Shown here piece by piece: positions 59,583-64,000 of a stretch of DNA of 64,000 nucleotides (within the stretch, counting starts at the first letter, position 1; every line of letters begins with the position of its first letter). A program made the position numbers and the translations under genes. Source of the stretch: an uncultured Deinococcaceae bacterium. Lineage in GTDB: Bacteria; Deinococcota; Deinococci; Deinococcales; Deinococcaceae. The DNA lies in the NCBI GenBank assembly GCA_964252075.1, contig CAXULY010000029.1, positions 1 to 64,000 on the forward strand. The letters run 5' to 3'. The notes under the pieces are model-generated. The model was not told where the DNA came from. It saw only the letters and a program-made list of their open reading frames with translations, and did no database searches.

Positions 59583-60368
59583 TCAGGTGAGCGCCGCCGT
59601 CTGCGGGGCGCGGGCGCGCCGCGCGAGCCAGCGCCAGAACACCAGCAGCGCGAGCAGCAGCTCCGCCACGTCCCCGCCGTAGTACATGAGGGTCGCGGCC
59701 TGCTGCACCTGCGCGGGGGCGTCCCCAGTGCCGCGCGGGTACAGCCCGGCGTACATGACTTTCGCGAGCGTGGCGTGGGCCGCCATGGCGACCCCCAGCG
59801 CGCCCACCCGCAGCGGGAAGGCCGCGCGCAGGGGTGAGGCCTCCACGCCCACGACGCCCCACGTGAGGAGCAGGCCCGCCGCCAGCACGTGCGCCTGCAC
59901 CAGCGCGTGCAGGGCCGGGTGCGCGCCCAGCCGCGCGTACAGGGGCGTGAGGTACAGCGCGAACAGGCCCCCCAGGTCGAGGACCAGCGCGAGCAGCAGC
60001 AGCGCTGGAGGCCACCCCCACCACCGGAGCGGCATCAGGCGGTCCACTGCCCGGGCCCAGTGGGTCGGGAGGCGGCGCAGCATCAGCGTGCCGGGGTGCC
60101 CGAGCACCAGCGCGAGGGGCGCGAGCATGCCGGTCAGCAGGTGCTGCAGCATGTGCGCCCGCAGGTCGTGATGCGCCAGGCCCACCAGGGGCGGCGCGGC
60201 CGCCAAGGCGAGCAGGGCCAGCCCCGCCGTGAAGGCCAGCGTGCGCGCGGCGGGCCACGCGTGACCACCGCGCCGCTCCGCCCGCACCCGCGCGGTGTAC
60301 GCGGCGAGCGCCGCCAGCAGGGCCAGCCACACCAGCAGGGACGCGAGGGGAACGCCGCCGCCGTCCAT
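59583..60368 (-). CDS. CtaG-like (caa3-type cytochrome oxidase assembly) membrane protein
   Basis: AHMLQHLL..APLALVLG.P; multiple TM helices; QQAATLMYYGGD. Confidence 0.72.
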   Translation of the reverse strand: MDGGGVPLASLLVWLALLAALAAYTARVRAERRGGHAWPAARTLAFTAGLALLALAAAPPLVGLAHHDLRAHMLQHLLTGMLAPLALVLGHPGTLMLRRLPTHWARAVDRLMPLRWWGWPPALLLLALVLDLGGLFALYLTPLYARLGAHPALHALVQAHVLAAGLLLTWGVVGVEASPLRAAFPLRVGALGVAMAAHATLAKVMYAGLYPRGTGDAPAQVQQAATLMYYGGDVAELLLALLVFWRWLARRARAPQTAALT

Positions 60369-60370
60369 CC

Positions 60371-60832
60371 TCACGGCGCGCGGCCCGGGGCGCCCGCCGC
60401 GCGGCGGAACAGCAGCGCCCCGGTCAGCAGCAGCGCGAGGGCCGCGGCGTTCCACAGCAGGTCGTAGGGCAGCAGCGGCACCCCGTACCGCACCTGGTGC
60501 AGCCGCAGCAGCTTGTGGTCCACCACGCCGTCGAACAGCTGGAAGGCGCCCAGGCCCAGCAGCACGCCCGCCCACAGCCAGCGCACCGCCAGGACGCCCG
60601 CCCGGCGCTGGTCAACCAGCACGAAGAGCCCGGCCACGATGGCGAGCAGTTCGCCCGCATGCAGCACCCCGTCGCTGATGAGGCCCATCAGGGGCGTTGC
60701 GCGGTCGTAGAAGTGATGCCAGCCGAGCAGCTGGTGGAACACCGTCTCGTCCAGCGCCGCCATGACGCCCACCCCGACGAGCGCACCACCCCAGAATGAG
60801 CGGCGGGCGGGCGTGGGCAGCAGGGTGGGCAT
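60371..60832 (-). CDS. DUF2243 membrane protein
   Basis: DETVFHQLLGWHHFY, SDGVLH, FQLFDGVVDHKLLRLHQVR. Confidence 0.8.
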   Translation of the reverse strand: MPTLLPTPARRSFWGGALVGVGVMAALDETVFHQLLGWHHFYDRATPLMGLISDGVLHAGELLAIVAGLFVLVDQRRAGVLAVRWLWAGVLLGLGAFQLFDGVVDHKLLRLHQVRYGVPLLPYDLLWNAAALALLLTGALLFRRAAGAPGRAP

Positions 60833-60857
60833 GGTTCAGCAGCCTCCCGCGCGGCCC

Positions 60858-61244
60858 TCAGCGGGCGTTGGGGTCACCGACCTCGAAGTGCGGCATGCGC
60901 TCGCGCACCGCGGGTGGGAAGTTCAGGCCCACGTACGGGTCCTCGAAGGTGGGGTCATTCAGGTCCGGGATGATCGGGAACGGCTGCTGCTTCATGTACT
61001 CCACGATCTTCGCGCGGCGCGGCGGTTCCTCGTCGCGTTCACGCACCTCGGCCAGCAGCGCGCGCGCGCCGCTGAGGCCGCCCGGCTGGTCGGCCAGCAG
61101 GTTCAGCACCTCGTCGTCCGTCGCGAAGTGCTGCGCGACCGTCACGAACACCCGCCGTCCGTATTCGCCGAGGTCCTCGCCGCGCTCCACGGCGCCAAGC
61201 AGGTGCTTCATCAGGGGGTTCGCGAGCAGGTCGGGAATGGTCAT
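60858..61244 (-). CDS. Hypothetical protein
   Basis: GGAGGA RBS; GEDLGEYGRRVFVTVAQHF..PP.R..I...QQPFPI. Confidence 0.7.
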   Translation of the reverse strand: MTIPDLLANPLMKHLLGAVERGEDLGEYGRRVFVTVAQHFATDDEVLNLLADQPGGLSGARALLAEVRERDEEPPRRAKIVEYMKQQPFPIIPDLNDPTFEDPYVGLNFPPAVRERMPHFEVGDPNAR

Positions 61245-61417
61245 CACGTCCTCCGGGGCCCAGCGTAGGGGACCACCCCTGGCGCTGCGGTGGCAGGACG
61301 GTGAGTCCCGCTTCACCCTCACCCATCACGCCGCCCCGCCCGTGTGAAGTGACGTTCAGCTCCGTCTGCGCTCCCTCTGTTCTGGCGGGCGCAGGGTGGG
61401 TGCACAGGAGGCTCCAT

Positions 61418-61615
61418 ATGACCGACAAGCACAACGAGGCCGAAGAGATGCAGGACGCCTACGCCCGCCAGCAGCGCGAGGGCGGCAGCAATGGTGCGGG
61501 CGGCGCGGGCAGCACCAACACGCCCGGCAACGCCCCGGCGGGACCGGAGACGAGCGGCGAGGATGGCCCCGGCCCCACCACCGATCTGGACGACACCACC
61601 AGCGCCGGACGCTGA
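61418..61615 (+). CDS. Small hydrophilic hypothetical protein
   Basis: AGGAGG RBS; MTDKHNEAEEMQDAYARQQREGG... Confidence 0.65.
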   Translation: MTDKHNEAEEMQDAYARQQREGGSNGAGGAGSTNTPGNAPAGPETSGEDGPGPTTDLDDTTSAGR

Positions 61616-61864
61616 CGTTCTGTGCGGCCCGGAAGGCCACAGGCCTTCCGGGCCGCTTCCTGTAGCGTTTCGGCGCTTCCCCCGGTTGAGATTTGCGTGA
61701 AGCTCAGCTGTGCCTCCGCTCACGCCATCCCTGAGCAGGGTGGTGGCACCTTCTGCTGCCTCGGGGGTCTGCGGGAGGGCGCGCGTGAGATCGTGGCGTC
61801 ATCGCGGAGGCTGTGCCGCGCGGCGCAGCGACACGAGCGCCCGCGTTCAAGGAGGAGCAGAGAC

Positions 61865-62080
61865 ATGCCAGAGGAGAAAACGAACACCACCAGCACGCGC
61901 CGCGGGTTCGCCCGGATGGACCCCGCGAGGCAGCGCGAGATCGCCAGTCAGGGCGGCAAAGCCGCGCACGCCTGCGGCAACGCACACGAATTCAGCAGCG
62001 AGGAAGCGCGCGAGGCTGGACGCAAGGGCGGCAAGGCCACCCGGCGCACGAACGCAAACGCCACCACGCCGTCGTCCTGA
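61865..62080 (+). CDS. KGG-repeat general stress protein
   Basis: RGFARMDPARQREIASQGGKAAH..GNAHEFSSEEAREAGRKGG; AGGAGG RBS. Confidence 0.88.
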   Translation: MPEEKTNTTSTRRGFARMDPARQREIASQGGKAAHACGNAHEFSSEEAREAGRKGGKATRRTNANATTPSS

Positions 62081-62148
62081 CCGCACACCACACCGGGCGC
62101 GGCCCCCGGCACCCCAACGGGTGCGGGGCCGCGCCCGGTCGTGCGGGC

Positions 62149-63765
62149 CTACAGCGCCGTGAGCAGGCCGTTGTCCAGCGCGATGCCGAGCGCCAGCGTC
62201 TGGTAACCCAGCTCGTCGAAGAGCACCGTGACCTTCTCGGCCTCGTAGCGCACCACGAGGCCCCGCCCGAAGCTGCGGTGCGTGACGGCGCTCCCCACCG
62301 GGAAGGGCCGCTGGGCGTCCTGCGCGTCCAGCACCTCGTCCGGTCGCGCGAGGCACTGGTCGCAGTGCCCGCAGGGCGGCGTGAACGCCTCCCCGAAGTA
62401 ACTCAGCAGGTACGCGCGGCGGCAGCCCTGCGTCTCGGCGTACCCGCGCATCATGTCTAGCCGGGACTGCTCGAAGGCCACATGGTGCGCCTGCGCTTCG
62501 GCGGCGTCCTCGGCCGCGCGCGCTGCCGATACGTCCGGCTGCAACTGCACCTCGCCGTCCGGGCGCTGCGTCACGGCGCCGAGCTCCTCCAGGCGGCTCA
62601 GGGCGGTGTGCAGGCGCGACTTGGAGAGTGACGAGGCCTCCCGCAGCGCCTCGGGGTCCGCGCGCCCGCCCAGCGCCTCCAGGGTGCGCAGCACCTCCTC
62701 GGCCTGGTCGGCCTCCAGCCGCCCGCTCCCCGCGAAGAACCGCCGCAGGCGCAGGTCGTCCGGCGTGAAGAAGAGCGTCGCCTCGGCGGGCGCGCCGTCG
62801 CGGCCCGCGCGCCCGATCTCCTGGTAGTAGGCGTCCACCGAGCCGGGAATGTCGAGGTGGTACACGAAGCGCACGTCCGGCTTGTCGATGCCCATGCCGA
62901 AGGCGGTGGTCGCCACGATCACGTCCAGCGCGTCCGCCTGGAAGGCCGCCTCGATGTCCGCGCGTTCCGTCCGGCCCAGCCCCCCGTGGTAGGCGGCGGC
63001 CCGCAGGCCGCGCGCCGCGAGGTCCGAGGCGCAGTCCTCGGCGCCCTTGCGCGTCGCGGTGTACACGATGCCGGGCGTGGGCGCGCCCTGCGCCTGATCC
63101 AGCAGCGCCGCGCGCTTGCTCCCCGCGCTGTCGTACCGCCGCACGCCCAGCAGCAGGTTGGGGCGGTCGAAGCCGAACACCAGCACGTGCGGGTCGCGCA
63201 TCCCCAGCCGCGTCACGATCTCTTCGCGCACGGGGGGCGCGGCGGTCGCGGTGAGCGCCAGCACCGTCGGGTGACCGAGCGCCTCGACCGCCGCGCCAAG
63301 CTGCAGATACTCCGGCCGGAAGTCATGCCCCCACTCGCTGATGCAGTGCGCCTCATCCACCACGAAGAGCGCCGGGCGCGCCGCCGCGAGCGCGCCGAGG
63401 ACGTCGCCGCTCAGCTGTTCAGGCGCCAGGAACAGGAAGTCCAGCTCACCCTGCGCGAAGGCCGCGAGGGTCGCCTCGCGCTCCCCGGCGCTCAGGGTGG
63501 AGTTCACGAGCGCCGCGCGCCCCGGCAGCACCTCCTCCAGCGCGCGCAGCTGATCGCGCTGCAACGCGATCAGCGGACTGATGACCAGGGCGGGGCCCAA
63601 CCGGACCAGCGTCGCGATCTGGTAGATCGCGGACTTCCCCGCCCCAGTTGGCATGACGAGCAGTGTGTCGTGACCCTCCACCACCGACCGGATCGCCTGC
63701 GCCTGACCGGGGTGCAGGCGGTCGTACCCGAAGACCTCGCGCGCCAGCTGCTGCACGCGCTGCAT
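62149..63765 (-). CDS. recQ: RecQ-family helicase (no HRDC domain evident)
   Basis: MPTGAGKS, VVDEAHCISEWGHDFRPEY, ALTATA, AFGMGIDKPDVR, YYQEIGRAGRDG, CRR..YFGE..CGHCDQC. Start may be 63837. Confidence 0.9.
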   Translation of the reverse strand: MQRVQQLAREVFGYDRLHPGQAQAIRSVVEGHDTLLVMPTGAGKSAIYQIATLVRLGPALVISPLIALQRDQLRALEEVLPGRAALVNSTLSAGEREATLAAFAQGELDFLFLAPEQLSGDVLGALAAARPALFVVDEAHCISEWGHDFRPEYLQLGAAVEALGHPTVLALTATAAPPVREEIVTRLGMRDPHVLVFGFDRPNLLLGVRRYDSAGSKRAALLDQAQGAPTPGIVYTATRKGAEDCASDLAARGLRAAAYHGGLGRTERADIEAAFQADALDVIVATTAFGMGIDKPDVRFVYHLDIPGSVDAYYQEIGRAGRDGAPAEATLFFTPDDLRLRRFFAGSGRLEADQAEEVLRTLEALGGRADPEALREASSLSKSRLHTALSRLEELGAVTQRPDGEVQLQPDVSAARAAEDAAEAQAHHVAFEQSRLDMMRGYAETQGCRRAYLLSYFGEAFTPPCGHCDQCLARPDEVLDAQDAQRPFPVGSAVTHRSFGRGLVVRYEAEKVTVLFDELGYQTLALGIALDNGLLTAL

Positions 63766-64000
63766 GTCGCGCCGGGCGCGGGCCGCGCGCAGCTCCTGAA
63801 CGCTGCTCGACCCGCGCTCCGCCTCACGGCGCAACATGACCGCCCGGCAACACCTCAAACCCCTGCACGGCCTCCAGGGAAGGCACCGCGCGCGCTGGGT
63901 TGGCGCGCAGGCGGCGGCCCAGCCGGTCCGCGCGCGCCCTCTGGCGGGTCCTGAAGCCCCATTCGGCCCGCGCGCGCGGGGTCAGGCGGTTCAGGTCCAG

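Overview
GC-rich (roughly 70%) bacterial chromosome segment, almost certainly Deinococcus: it carries an HPI-type S-layer gene, an FrnE-like DsbA with a C-terminal CxxxxC, futalosine-pathway mqnD, and many genes whose -10 box lies 6-7 nt before the start codon. In order it holds glmM (running off the left edge through an abrupt non-GlmM junction), hpi, rarA, mqnD, a DAHP synthase, small housekeeping genes, a five-gene DUF11/outer-membrane-barrel operon (16.9-29.3 kb), an arginine/carbamoyl-phosphate cluster interleaved with GNATs, an AT-rich 5'-nucleotidase islet, two tandem diguanylate cyclases, a cysteine desulfurase and a PASTA protein, folBK, a CheB/CheBR/histidine-kinase module, a sufS-like pseudogene, an RpoD-type sigma factor, small stress genes and recQ. 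The main candidate new system is the DUF11 operon. Its subunits show split DUF11 domains: N-terminal 'I-x-N-x-A' donor strands and C-terminal domains that lack those strands. This suggests a donor-strand-complemented, possibly isopeptide-crosslinked pilus with chaperone, shaft, base, usher-like barrel and tip adhesin, placed behind a c-di-GMP-II riboswitch. Other notable items are a Phe/Tyr/Trp leader-peptide attenuator on the DAHP synthase, an Arg-codon uORF before argG, a folK lacking a canonical start codon, and a perfect 36-bp palindrome. No rRNA, tRNA, CRISPR array or transposase was recognised. All assignments come from motif recognition by eye; no searches were run.
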